Shown here in pieces: positions 42,162-56,683 of a stretch of DNA of 64,000 nt; position 1 is the stretch's first letter; every line of letters begins with the position of its first letter. The DNA lies in the NCBI GenBank assembly GCA_951406725.2, contig OX597820.1:56854001-56918000 (forward strand), written 5' to 3'. The translations under genes were made by a program, and so were the position numbers. The DNA is from Octopus vulgaris. Its lineage: Eukaryota. The notes beneath the pieces are model-generated. The model did no database searches and was not told where the DNA came from. It saw nothing but the letters and a program-made list of their open reading frames with translations.

Positions 42162-42165
<4 letters not shown>
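41615..42165 (-). mobile_element. R4/Dong-like 3' end, third subfamily
   Basis: ILWDFPVHADRTIKANKPDIIIKD...LIDMSIP...KISKYKDL...PVIVGVLG, then VQKIVLTGTAHVLRRELSL*. A related 3'-tip copy lies at 42212-42300. Confidence 0.9.
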
Positions 42166-42211
<46 letters not shown>

Positions 42212-42420
42212 CCTTTTTCAATTCTGTTTCCATTTCTTACCGAGTGTATTCCTGACACCTAGGACAGAGAAACGCACTGTATACATTGGTAAGCCATTAA
42301 AATAAATACACCAGATTGTTCATTTACAAAGTCATGTGATAGATAAAAGGTGAAGAAAGAAAGAGAGAGAAGGAAAAATGAAAATTATAATAACAATGAT
42401 AATAATAATTATTATTATTA

Positions 42421-42820
42421 AGGGGCCAGCTGGCAGAACCGTTAGAATATTGGGCAAAATGCTTAGCGGTATTTCGCCCGTCGCTACGTTCTGAGTTCAA
42501 ATTCCGCCGAGGTCGAATTTGGCTTTTATCCTTTTGGGGGTCGATGAATTAAGTACCAGTTACGCACTGGGGTTGATGCAATCGACTTAATACCTATGTC
42601 TGTCCTTGTTTGTCCCCTCTATGTTTAGCCCCTTGTGGGTAATAAATAAATAGGTATTTTGCCCGTCGCTACGTTCTGAGTTCAAATTCCGCCGAGGTCG
42701 AATTTGCCTCTTATCCTTTTGGGGGTCGATTAATTAAGTACCAGTGAAATACTGGGGTCGATGTAATCGACGTATTCCCTTCCTCAAAATTGCTGCCCTC
42801 GTGGCAAAATTCGAAACCAT
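42421..42820 (+). mobile_element. Family B SINE: head plus duplicated body, within (ATT)n
   Basis: The body restarts at GGTATTTTGCCCGTCGCTACG (about 42653). Confidence 0.85.
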
Positions 42821-42822
42821 TA

Positions 42823-42868
<46 letters not shown>

Positions 42869-43431
42869 GTTAGGCATTTTATCCTTTTATGTTAGGAGTC
42901 ATCAATTTTTATTACTACTATTACTATTACATTAATTTTATTGTCACTATCATTAACGTGCAATTAAAAGGAATACTAACAGAATGTCTTTCTTTATTTG
43001 TATGATCTGTATTTATTGCACACAAACAATCGCACACGAGCATACGTTCACCATAACAGCACGCGAACATAACATACATTACACACGTACATACCCGACC
43101 GAGCACATTTTCTCGCAGTTATCTCCCTTGCTGCTCTTGTACCTACATATGAAACCTCTTTCCATTTCGCTTACGGTCGTTCTAACCTCTAGTCATTCTC
43201 AACATTACCCGACTCACATTATAAGAGATATCGACATTATTCCAGCTATTTTGTATTTATCAACACTTTTTGTTTACCCTTTCTTTCTAATTCCTGAAGA
43301 AGAATCTAAGCCCGAAGCCGCAAAAATGCTGCTACTTTTACACCTCATATCGAGTCTCAAACTAATAATCACCGTTTGTCGTCATTTGTTCATTTCTGTT
43401 ATTTTCGTTGCTTTTTGCGCATATGTATGTA

Positions 43432-43480
<49 letters not shown>

Positions 43481-43604
43481 TTACATATGAGTGTCTGTGT
43501 GCATATATATACATATATCTATAAAATTTATATTTATATTCATATGTATGTATATATATATATATATATATACATATGTATTATGCATATATATATATAC
43601 ATAC

Positions 43605-43651
<47 letters not shown>

Positions 43652-43791
43652 CATATATATATATATATGCATATATATATATGTATATATATGCACATAT
43701 ATATGCATATATATATATGCATATATATATATGCATATATATATATATATGCATATATATATGCATATATATATATACATATATATATTCA

Positions 43792-43896
<105 letters not shown>

Positions 43897-44398
43897 TATA
43901 TATATGTATATATATATATATACATATATGTGTGTATGGCGGGGAATGTATGTACACACACAAATTTAATTTAGATAGGTGGCGATGAATCATGTACATA
44001 AAATATTGTAAATAAATTGAAATTACAGAAAGAAAACAACTTCGCGTTAATTGTTTAATCGTTAAAAAAGGGGGAGATAATATCAAGAAGCTAAAAATCA
44101 ATTTCACAGCAAATTGAATTTTCCTGCTTACGTGTACGTATGTTCTAAAGACATTCTTAAACATATACATACATGAATACATAGCGACATATACATGTAT
44201 ACACATACAGTAATCTTTAATATGAAAACATATGCGCATACGTATATATCCATACATATGCGCGTACATAGCACAGATGTACATTTGAAGTAAATGGGAT
44301 TCCGTCGGTTTCGACGATGAACATTCCTTTTGTTCAATCAGCCAAGCTACTCTGTCGTTGCATTAATTTGCACGTGACGGAGTATTGCGCATACTCTT

Positions 44399-44399
<1 letters not shown>

Positions 44400-44429
<30 letters not shown>

Positions 44430-44735
44430 AATCATTGTATACAGTACTCAGGTGCACCGCAACTTGTCAGAAAGTGTATATAAAGTACATGCAGTAATGT
44501 ACAAATGTCTGGAAAGCGAACAACGTATGAGTCAGATACATGCTTGTGTGTGTATGGAGGGGAGAAAATAAAGGTGTAGTGTTGGCGAATCTCAGAAAGC
44601 ATGGAAGTTTTGAAGGATGCAGTGCTCCGACAACTAACAACTGATGCCGGCAGTCTGTTCCATGCTTCAGCAACTCTCAGCGTGAAAAAATGTTTCCTGA
44701 AGTCATGGGAGCTGTGCTGTTTTCTGACTTTGTAA

Positions 44736-44780
<45 letters not shown>

Positions 44781-44805
44781 AATTATTGTATACAGTGCTC
44801 AGGTA
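44400..44805 (-). mobile_element. CR1-like LINE 3' end with (ATT)n tail, plus a duplicated 3' tip
   Basis: KVRKQHSSHDFRKHFFTLRVAEAWNRLPASVVSCRSTASFK on the minus strand. The terminus GAAAT.ATTGTATACAGT.CTCAGGT occurs at 44428 and 44779. Confidence 0.85.
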
Positions 44806-45562
44806 TAATGTAGTATTCGTACAGAATTAGCAAGACGGTGTGTGACGAGGTCGGCCGTTTGAATTTCATCTGCGATATATCTGGCGAACTTCCCTAGTGT
44901 CTACCAACCTCTTTTCAATCTTGTAGTGCTTCTATCGACTCAAGACTATGACAAAAAGACAATCAAAATGCCAGGCAATGGTATCGAAACCAGGGCTTCA
45001 TGACTACGAAAGAAATTCCATAGCCACTCGGCCATGCTTGTGCGACATCTAGCTATCTACAATTAATAAACACACGTGTGCGCATGCACACATAGGTTCA
45101 CACACACACACACACACACACAAAGATGTATACATATGAAGAGCTCCTAAATAGTTCCAAATTAATTTACAAAGCATTAGTCAAACGGTGGCTGTAGCAG
45201 AAGCCATTTTCTCAAGGTACAACCCCAGATCGCTTATTGCGAAGCGAACATCTTAAAACACAGCTACACCTGCGCCTCTTTCTTTCTGTCCATACAACCA
45301 TACATACATACATACATACATACATACATACATACATACATACATACATACATACATACATACATACATACATAGACATAATGATTTAGGATAGAGAGGA
45401 GAAACTGTACAATTGTGGAAATCAGTTGTCAAGCGGATGTTAACTTATAGACAGAGATTAGCGAAAAAAAAAAAGAAGACTATTGAGAAATCTACAGTTA
45501 CTCTAACCAAATTACAAGTTCAGGTTTATACCTGTAATTATTGGGCCACTGGGATATCTAAC

Positions 45563-45910
45563 ACATGATTCCGGGTTCAATCCCACTGCGTGGACCCTTG
45601 GGCAAGTATCTTCAGCTATAGCCTCGGGATGACCAAAGCCTTGTGAGTGGATTTGGTAGACGGAAACTGAAAGAAGCCCGTCGTATGTGTGTGTGTGCTA
45701 GTTTGTGTGTCAGTGTTTGTCCCCCCAACATCGCTTGACAACCGATGCTGGTGTGTTTACATATCCGTAACTTAGCGGTTCGGCAAAAGACTGATAGAAT
45801 AAATACTAGGCTTACAAAGAATAAGTCCTGGGATCGATTTGTTCGACTAAAGGCGGTGCTCCAGCATGGCCGCAGTCAAATGACTGAAACAAGTAAAAGA
45901 ATAAAAGAAT
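45563..45910 (+). mobile_element. SINE family A
   Basis: Match to family A. Confidence 0.85.
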
Positions 45911-45946
45911 ACATACATACACACACACACACACATACATGCACAC

Positions 45947-45977
<31 letters not shown>

Positions 45978-46789
45978 CATACATACATACATACATACAT
46001 GCAAAAATACCCGTTAATGTTGCAATTCCAATGAAGGACCTAGGTTAGAAACCGGCTCTTTCTTTACTGGCAGGAAATCTTGAGATAAAACTAGATAATG
46101 ACACATACATACATACATACATACAAACGTACATACATACATACCTGCGCACATACATACACATACACATGATATACTCGTTCATGGGTCTGTTTTGACA
46201 CATAACACAATTATTTGCACATGCATACACTAGACATGTGGAATCAGAGGAATGCAGGTACTTACGAATACGTATGCACACACACACGCACACACACACA
46301 CTCTCACACACACATACATATGGATACAAGTATACGCATAGGAAGTTACCTATACATATGCATACTCGAATGCCAACGTCCTTTTCTGCAATCACAATTG
46401 TATTGTTCTCTTTCTATATCTCTCATTATCTTCCCACAACTGTCTCCCCCTCTCTCTCACTCACTCACTCACTATCTCTCTTGTCTCATTCCTTTCCTTT
46501 CTTACATCTACACCTACATCTCTCCTCTGTCTCTCTCCCTCTGTATTCTCTCTCTTCTTTAAATTTCGTGTTAGTGCATAAATACACCAAATTAAATCTG
46601 TTCTTTTGTTGTTGCTGTTGTTGTTGTTGGTGGTGATGGTGGTTTTAGTATATGGTGCGTTCGGTGGCACTGATGCATATGCCGTTCTTCTTGTGGTTGT
46701 CGGTGGCAGCGGCGTTGTTTGTGCTGATGTACATCTCATCGTTGTTTTTATTATTGTTGTTAAGACTCATGGCAATATTGATGCAGCAA

Positions 46790-47250
46790 AGGTATGAACA
46801 AAGGCAATCCAGTCGTGACCATGACGTCTTTGTTTTTGTTTTTTTCCCCAGACATATCTAGGACAACATTATTCAAAATCTTATCTTTTTCAAGTGGTAA
46901 GATATCAGATAATGGAAATTTGGTTGCTATTTCTAGCAAATAGAACAACCACGTACAAGACCGCTGTTCAAGTCTCTAAAAACGTTATTGTTTAAAGCTG
47001 CGTGTCAATGTTGACACAGCAGACATATACCCAAAGGCCATCAAGCCGGGAGCACAATTTCTTATTTGTATTTTTATATTGTTTTTCTCAGACATACCAA
47101 GGATAACCGCATTTAAAATGTTCTTTACTATTTCTTTTTTTTTTAAGATGGTAAGATGTTATATAACGAAGATTTGGTAGCAATTTCTAGTAAATAGAAC
47201 AACTGCTTATAAGGCCACTGTTTCGGTTTATAATAACGTTATTGTTTGTC
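46790..47250 (+). repeat. Two tandem copies (about 250 bp apart) of an old dispersed repeat, family E
   Basis: Shared ATTTGGT.GC.ATTTCTAG.AAATAGAACAAC. The same motif appears near 18245, 21380, 24330, 24580, 31870 and 62205. Confidence 0.6.
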
Positions 47251-47782
47251 AACGTGCATTATTTATTAAGCTGACACTTTGCCAAAGACAGGTTGCTTGG
47301 AATTGTTTGCTTGTGTCATGTGAAAGATTCCTGACAACAATGTGCGCTAATTTATTGATGCCACAACAACAAACAGGAGGTCTTAAGGGTGGAGAAATCT
47401 ATTTAGTACCAGAGCAAATTGCAATCCTTTAAACATCTCTGAACCCGCATGTGGGCTGCCAAAAAATAATGAATTATTTTATGCATAAGTTTATAGACAT
47501 TTACTATTTTAATGACGCGTTGTCTTTTATATTTTCCTTGTTTCAGTCATTGCTCTGCGGCAATGCTTCGGCACTGCCTTGAAGGCTTTTAGTCGACCAA
47601 ATCGACCACAGGACTTACGTTATTCTTTTTCTTAAGCCTGGCACTTACCTCCCCTCCACACACACACAGATGCATATGTGCATACTAACAGATGCAAGTA
47701 CGCACACTCAAAGACAAATACACGGGATTCATACTAACATTCTAATTCGCAAACACATACACATAAGAATGAATAAATAAAT

Positions 47783-48170
47783 ATAGGTGCAGGAGCGGCT
47801 GTGGGGTAAGTAGCTTTCTTACCAACTACCTAGTTCCGGGTTCAGTCCCATTCCGTGGCACCTTGGGCAATTGTCTTCTACTATAGCCTCGGGCCGACCA
47901 AAGCCTTGTGAGTGGATTCGGTAGACGGAAATTGAAAGAAGCCCGTCGTATGTGTGTGTTTGTGTGTCTGCGTTTCCCGCCCCCGTTGCCTTACAACCGA
48001 TGCTGGTGTGTTTACGTCCCCCGTAACCTAGCGGTTCGGTAAACGATACCGATGGAATATGTACTAGGCTTACAAAGAATGAGTCCTGGGTTGATTTGTT
48101 TGACTAAAGGTGGTGCTCCAGTATGGCCGCAGTCAAATGACTGAAACAAATAAAAGAGTAAAAGAGTAAA
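47783..48170 (+). mobile_element. SINE family A
   Basis: Match to family A. Confidence 0.85.
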
Positions 48171-48187
48171 TAAATACACATACAAAC

Positions 48188-48258
<71 letters not shown>

Positions 48259-48424
48259 CGCATAGGCACTACAGCTTCGGTAAATAATTGATCCGAAGTT
48301 TTATGAATGAAATTGCGAAACGAAAAAAATAATATGGAAGGATATCGAATGGACGACTCTTCTATATCATAAGGGCAGCTTTACCCCCACCTCCTCACAC
48401 TGATTGTAATTCAGTATTACATTG

Positions 48425-48730
48425 TGACTTAGTGGTTGAGGTAATCTTAAGACTGTTAGTTCGATTCCTGGCGGCGGGTTGCTTCCTTGTGCATGACATT
48501 TTATTTCTTGTTGCTCCAGTATACACGACTAGCAAAAAAAAAAAAAAAAGAGTTATGCCTGTAATTCAAAAGATCCAGCCTTACCACGCTCTATATCACA
48601 CACAATCTCCCCAAGAACTACATTAAGGGCACACGTGTCTGTGGAGTGCTCAGCCACTTGCACGTTAATTTCACAGTCTGTCCCGTTGTTCGAATCAACT
48701 GAAAAATTCCCTGACGTAATCGACGGAGAG
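48425..48730 (+). mobile_element. CORE-like head SINE with tail type 3, decayed
   Basis: AAGGGCACACGTGTCTGTGGAGTGCTCAGCCACTTGCACG tail. Confidence 0.75.
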
Positions 48731-49011
48731 GCAGGCAATTACTAGGTGAGAGCTAGTATCAGTGAAATATTTAGTAAATTACATGATAGATCAGTTAGAA
48801 GGTGGCTCAGTCGACCGAGAAATTAGAATAATAGTTAAAGAAACTCATCGACGGATTTTATTCCCTGTGTACAACTTTTTGTGGGTTCACATTTTGTCCG
48901 TCAACTTCCGACTGTTTTTCCACCTCTTGTATTATCTCACGTCGTCCATCTGTCATGCCTCTTACTTCCTTTGTTGTATTTGTGATATATATATATATAT
49001 ATAAATATATA

Positions 49012-49047
<36 letters not shown>

Positions 49048-49494
49048 TGTATGTATGTATGTATGTATAAAACTATAAAGTCAGGAGGTATGACAGGTGA
49101 ATATATATTTAACCACGTGACTTCCAAATGATTCTCTGAATCCACATCTTATGTTACTCATTTATGTATGTGCATGTGTGTATGCGCATGCGCATGCGTG
49201 CGTTATTTTGTCTATATGTATCGCCATTTTTATTTATTTATTTGATATCATCCTTTGAAGACGGATCTGGTTTTTAACACAGAGACATTGCTTCATTGTG
49301 GGAATTTAAATGGCGGCAATGTGTGTACGTACGTATAGATGTACGTATGTGTATGTATGCGTATGTATGTCTGTATGTACGCATCTATGTATGTGTATGT
49401 TTATGCGTATGTATCCATGTATATATGTTTCACTGTATGTAAGCCTTTGTGAATGTCCGTATGAGGGTATGTAACTATGTATGCATAGGTGTTA

Positions 49495-49531
<37 letters not shown>

Positions 49532-49566
49532 TATAATGTGTATATAATGCTTAAATTTAAGTATGC

Positions 49567-49616
<50 letters not shown>

Positions 49617-49780
49617 GTATGTATGTATGTATGTATGTATGTATGTATACATGTATGTTTGTGTGTATATATAAACATGGAACAGATCCAGCTCTTTCAA
49701 GCATATCGTTTCGAGAAACAATAACATAATTCACTTTGCAAAATTTCAAAATAACTATATGTATGCATGTATGCATATTC

Positions 49781-49885
<105 letters not shown>

Positions 49886-50414
49886 CTTTTCTCCCTCTCT
49901 TTCTGTATTTGTATGTGTGCGTGCATATATATATATATATATTTAGATGTACACACACACACCAGCAGTATATATGTATGTACAACTATACATATATACT
50001 ACATACATCCACAATATATATATATATATATATTTATAATTACATATGTGTGTGTATACACATATGTATATATACATACATACGCATATGAATACGTATA
50101 CGCACGCGCATATATGCATATATGTGTTTGTGTGTGTGTGTTTGTGTGTGTGCGTGCGTGTGTTCGTGTCTGCGTGCGTATACACATTTTCGCAATAATA
50201 ATGAGATTACTTTTTGCACAAATGCGAAGTGATTATCAAGAGAGCTCAATAAAAATGAAAAAGAAAATCTGATACCGCGTTGTATAAAATAATGATATAA
50301 AAGTACAACTAAAACGGAAAGACACACGTATATAAAATCAAGCCATATATTGAAAATATATGCATAATATATTCCATCTCTTCTGGAATATATTATGTTA
50401 TTTTAATATGTTAG

Positions 50415-51340
50415 AGTGACAAGTTGGCAGAATCGTTAGAGAATCGGAGATAATACACAGCTGCATTTTTGCGCCTCTTCTCTTTCTGAGTTCAAATGTC
50501 GTCGAGGTCAGCTTTGCTCCTTATCCTCTTGGGTGTTGATAAAATAAGTACCAGTCGAGCACTGAGGTCAATGTAATGGATTCATTTCCCCCTCTTATTT
50601 ATTGTGCCGATATTTGAAAGGCAATGCGGCAAGCTGGCAGAATCGTTAGAGAGTCGGAGATTATGTTCAACAACATTTTTTTCGGCTCTTCTCGTTCTGA
50701 GTTCAAATGCCATGCATGTCAGCTTTGTCCTTTACCCTTTCTTCTTTTAACAAAAGAGTACCATTCGAGCACTAAGGTCAACGCACTCGACTCATTCCTC
50801 CGTTTAATTTATTGTGCCAGTATCAGAAATGCAGTGAGCTGGCATGTCGGACAAAATACTTAGCGGTAGTTTTTTTCGATTTCACGGCGGAATTCAAATT
50901 CCGCTGGGGTCAGATTTGCCCCTTCTTCTTTCGGAGTTGATTAAATGAGTACCAGTCGAGCTCTGAGGTCAGTGCAATCGACTAAACCCCCACCACTCAA
51001 CTTAATTTCAGGCCTTGTGCTGATATTATAAAGGTAAAGCGATGAGCTGGCAGAATCGTTAGCAAAGCCGAACAAATTACTTAGCAGGTTTTTTTCCGAC
51101 TTCACGTTCGAAGTTCAGATTCCGATGAGGTTAATCCTGTCTAAACCTTTCAGGGTTTTCGACGAAGAGCTACGCTCGAAACGTCGAATTCTGTCTCGAA
51201 CGAATAAATTCCATTTGTACGTCCCCTTGTTAGTTATTATTATTCTTAATGTTCATTTATTCGATTTGGTAAAATAAGTACCAGTTAATGTAAACAAATG
51301 GCCCCAAAATTGCTGGCCTTGTGTCTATAGAAGAAACAAT
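50415..51340 (+). repeat. Tandem array of decayed family B copies (about 210-bp spacing)
   Basis: Heads at about 50415, 50625, 50832 and 51040. Confidence 0.75.
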
Positions 51341-51895
51341 TATTTCACGTTGTTGCTAGTTTGTGTTTATCTTCAGCAATCTATTCGTTCTACACAAACA
51401 TACACGTATAGCTTTAAACTATCTCCCGCAAGAAAATTTTACAGTTTGGGCAACACTCATTCATATTTGTATATACAGCGGCTTTCCACACAGTTTCCTC
51501 ACAAGATATTGATGGGCTCGGAGATATAGTAAAAGATACTTGTCCATGGTGCCGCGTAGTGCAATTGAACCTAAACCACATGGATCCAAAGCAAGCTTCC
51601 TAACCACGCAACCATAACATTCAATCATATATACATACAGACACGCGCGCGTACGAGCGCAGAGGAGACAAATATATTTAGTTTTGGTTTACAGGGAAGA
51701 CATTTTTTCTCCGGTCCACCCACACTAATAAATTATTGTAAATATATTTCTGTATTTATTCTATATTAGTTTATCACAACAAACAATGTTATTATCTCCG
51801 ATTGTTTAGAGAGCAGTAATATAAAATAAGATTCCTTATATTTGGAGCCAATAGATTTTTCATCATTATTATTATTATCATTATTATTATTATTA

Positions 51896-51971
<76 letters not shown>

Positions 51972-52031
51972 CATCATTATTATTATTATGATTATTTATA
52001 TTTTGTGGCTTAACACACGATACCCACCCAC

Positions 52032-52114
<83 letters not shown>

Positions 52115-52343
52115 GAAGTGGGTGCACACATTTCATTCGTTCATTTTGACAGTAACCTAGAAAATTCTCAAATTCTAAAAGAAAGAGAGAAAAGAAAATG
52201 GCGTTGACCAATTTAACAAACCAAACAGTTGTACTTTCAAAATCGATTTGTCTGTGTTGTTAATACGTACCTGATGAATATTCATTCACAATTTATCGAG
52301 TTCCAAGTTGAATGTCAATATTTGTTCATTTATTATTATTATC

Positions 52344-52496
<153 letters not shown>

Positions 52497-52949
52497 CATC
52501 ATTATTATTATTATTATCATCATTATTATTATGCCGGAATTACGACTTTTAAAATCAGTCGATTTTTAAATTCCAGTTGGCTAGGGAACATTTTCTCTTT
52601 CAGTTCTTCTAGTTTCCACTGGTTTCTCACTCTTGCTGCGGCTACGCTAGGGTCTTGCCTTCGTGAGTTTTCGTTAATTATATCGACCCTGTCTTGCAAG
52701 TACTTTGCTTGCTACCTTACTTAAATCGATTTCTATTTACCGATGTAGTTTGTTAGATTAAATATGTCTACATTTCGGTAATTCACTCATTTAATCACAT
52801 CATCACAGTTATACACATGTTTTACAGTATACATACGCTACTCATTAAATTACCCAGTTTCTCATATCACACACAAGTTGAATATACACTCCCAAGCAGC
52901 TTCTGCTTCAGCGAACACATACATACATACATACATACATACATACGTG

Positions 52950-53015
<66 letters not shown>

Positions 53016-53240
53016 CTACATATATATATATAGTTATGGTATATTCTGTTGAGAACGTAGTACAATGTAAAGCTCGTGCGCCTTCAGATTTCACCCTCGG
53101 TTATCCAGTAGTAATATAATACATTCTTCGTGGTTTGCGTTTGGGCTTGTGTCGCGTGGAGAAGTTCTGGAGAACTACGTTGCGTAGAAACAATTGTAGA
53201 GATTGAAAATAAATGTCCAATCGTACACTTTCTAGTTGTC

Positions 53241-53275
<35 letters not shown>

Positions 53276-53347
53276 CAAATTTAAAAGAGGGCGGCTTATT
53301 AACAATTAAAACCTAAAGGTAAAATTAATAGAGATCCCAAAAGTGAC

Positions 53348-53395
<48 letters not shown>

Positions 53396-53590
53396 GTGTG
53401 TGTTTGTATGTATATTTACGTAAATGTCGAACAATGAGAATGAGTACCCAACACTGCATTGGTGGATAAAATGTTTTTAATAGAACTCTCGTGTTTTCAT
53501 CCCAAATGGGGACGAACACCATTTCTCCATGTGATCGGCTTGAAGAATTAAGATATTTTCTTAACATGTAACCAATGGTATCCTTATTAC

Positions 53591-53655
<65 letters not shown>

Positions 53656-53716
53656 TACGTTAATGTCGAACGATGAAAATCAGTGCGCAACACCGCATTG
53701 GTGGGTATGATTTCTT

Positions 53717-53844
53717 TATTTGTGAATTAAGGCTACCGTTGGTTTCAAGTTGAGAAAAGTAGAAAAATATCCTAGTGTTGAGATATTAGAATATTTTCCT
53801 ACTTTTCTTAACATGAAAACAATGGTAGCCTTAATTCACAAATA
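53717..53844. repeat. Fold-back palindrome with about 62-bp arms and a 4-nt loop
   Basis: TATTTGTGAATTAAGGCTACC...TGAG...GGTAGCCTTAATTCACAAATA; 4 mismatches and 4 G-U pairs on the + strand RNA. Confidence 0.9.
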
Positions 53845-53865
53845 TACATATACATACATACTTAC

Positions 53866-53955
<90 letters not shown>

Positions 53956-54548
53956 ATATATTTAAAGAAAATCGAACGTACATACACGAGGTGTGTGTGT
54001 TGTTATTTTGTGGATCAATTGCGTTTTAGGCGTAAGAGAACATATTCTCAATGCACCTGATGTTAAAACAACTGAATGTTAGTCAGAAGGAAGCGAGGCA
54101 GCTCGCATCAGGTCCCATCTCGAATCCACAGGCATCGATGTTTCGTCATTACTGTGACTTTTCAATGCCACGTACAGAACAGGGCCTGCTGCAAGCTGTA
54201 TCGCCGAATGTGACTATATGCTAAATGGTTTGAAATGTATCTGCTGGTATGACCCAATGTTTCATGCCACGCAAAAGATTCAAGTATGAATTACACGCAT
54301 AGACACACACACACGGTTTACGCAACTGGAAGAGCATTAAATAAAAATCGACACCTGTATATCATACTAAATATACACACACCGTTAGATGGCACGATGC
54401 TCTTCACAGATTTTTGTGTTAAAAATACGACGCATATCGGAGCGGCATAAACATGTGCCACCACAGTGACTCATGACAACGACGGCCACGTTTCACCTTT
54501 GTTGAGTGCTGAGCACTCGATTGCCAACTGCTCGCACGCACGCACACG

Positions 54549-54589
<41 letters not shown>

Positions 54590-54764
54590 GTATATGTTTG
54601 TCTATGTAAAGATATACATATGCGTGTGCATGTATATACATCCCTTCTTGCGGCACCTTGAGCAATTATTTTCTACTATAGCCCTGGGCCGACGAATGTT
54701 TGTGAGAGAATTTATGTATAAATCTGTGTATTTATGTATGTATTAATGTGCTTTGTTAAGCATG

Positions 54765-55067
54765 CGAAGGCATGTGGCTTATTGGTTAGGTTATTCGGCG
54801 CACGATCGTAAGGTCGTGAGTTCGATTCCCGGCGACGCATTGTGTCCTTGAGCAAGACACTTTATTTCACGTTGCTCAAGTACACTCAGCTGGCAAAAGT
54901 GTGTTGTACCTGTATTTCAAGAGGCCAGCCTTGTCACATTCTGTGTAATGCTGAATCTCTCGGAGAACTACGCTAAGGGTACACGTATCCGTGGAGTGCT
55001 CAACCGCTTGCACGAGCAGGCTGTTTTGTTGATCGGATCAACTGAAACCCTCGTCGTCATAACCGAA
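54765..55067 (+). mobile_element. CORE-like head SINE with tail type 3, lying between the two halves of a family A copy
   Basis: Family A 5' block at about 54648-54712 and 3' block at about 55110-55325. Confidence 0.8.
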
Positions 55068-55829
55068 GTATTAAGTGTGTATGTGTGTTTATTATATATA
55101 TATATGTGTGTGTGTTTGTGGGTCTTTGCTTTTCTGAAACCCACCGCTTGTCAACAGTGGTATTGATAGAGATCGTTGATATAGTGGTTCGGCAAAAAAG
55201 ACGGATGTAGTAAGTGCTAGACAGAAAGAAAAGAAAGGAACGAAGGACTGGAATCGATTTATTCGACCAAACTCTTAAAAGCGGTGCTCTAGCATGATCA
55301 TAGTCCAATGACTGCAGTAAAAAAATAACTGGAGTAAAAAAAATAAACGAACAAAAGAATACACGCACACATGCACACACACATATGCACACATGCACAC
55401 ACACACACATGCACACACAAACACACACAAACACGCACATACATATTGATATGGTGAAACAGATTCATTATATTGATTATGTTGTCACGTTCATTGCGTG
55501 AACGTCTCTAGGATGCAATCAGCTTGACAAGGCCCACTCTGCTTCAAGGGACCCATTAATGCTAATATCTGCAATTATATCCTTGGGAATCATACAGCTA
55601 ATCAAAGCGACTGCTGTTTTGCAACCTGAACTATAAAAGGCTTTTAATGCACTCTCTGTGAAGCGGAGGCCCTCACACGGTTATTATAAAACGCCTACTT
55701 TCTAGTTGAACAGTTTTATGGTTCGTATCTCATAGCCATAACTCTACTGTGTCCCAGAGTAAATACCATTAATTCTGAATTCGAACTAGTGCGGGAGTCT
55801 GCGTAGTCTGCGGGGTTTTTTTTTTAATA

Positions 55830-56245
55830 TCTTTTATCGTGTTTACATGTTTTCAATCATTGGACTGCAGCCATACTGGTGCACTGCCTTGAAGTGTTTA
55901 GTAGAATAAGTACCTCAACTTGGTACTTATTCTATCGGTTTCTTTTGCCGAGCTGCTAAGTTACAGGGACGTTAACAAACCAACACTAGTTGTCAACCGG
56001 TGGGTGGGAAACACAAATACAAAGACACATACAGATGTACTTGCATATACATACTAATACAGATATACACACATAGGTATACACACACACACACACACGC
56101 ACATACACATATTTAAGTACATACAAGATTCTACACAGTTTCCATCTTCCAAATTCTTTCTAAAGACATTGGTCAGCCCTGGGTTATGACAGAAGAGACT
56201 TGTCTTAGGTGACACGCAATGAGGAGACTGAATTGCTACTCATGA
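55830..56245 (-). mobile_element. SINE family A, older copy
   Basis: Diverged reverse-complement match to family A. Confidence 0.7.
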
Positions 56246-56683
56246 TTTGTGAAAATAACAACCAAATCTATTTCGAAATTTTAAAGAAGAGAAAAATAGT
56301 AATAACGATTTGGCTAATATAATCCTAGGAATGCAAAATGGTGGATGATGAACGTTTACTTCATTAAGACTGACTAAGGATTAAAGAACCCCCACCCCCA
56401 CAAAAAAAAACACTTCGTCATAGCTTCGTTTAATGGAATTTTAGTTTTGTTTGCTCGAACAGACCGACGATCAAAAATGTTCCAACTGTAATTATCCTGT
56501 CATCTGAAAGGTACGAACAACGTATAAAGTTAGCGATGAGATTTTGGTTGTTACTTCACATACGCGTACATATACGCACACACAAAGACACACTCACTTA
56601 GATACGCATGCACGCATACACACACATGCAGGCAGACAGACAGACACACACACATAAAATTGTGTACGCCCGGAGGCGGAAAG

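Noticed and set aside
54389-54425. AG|ATGG candidate for SLC35F6 exon 2
   Set aside because: In-frame stop within about 10 codons and no polypyrimidine tract.
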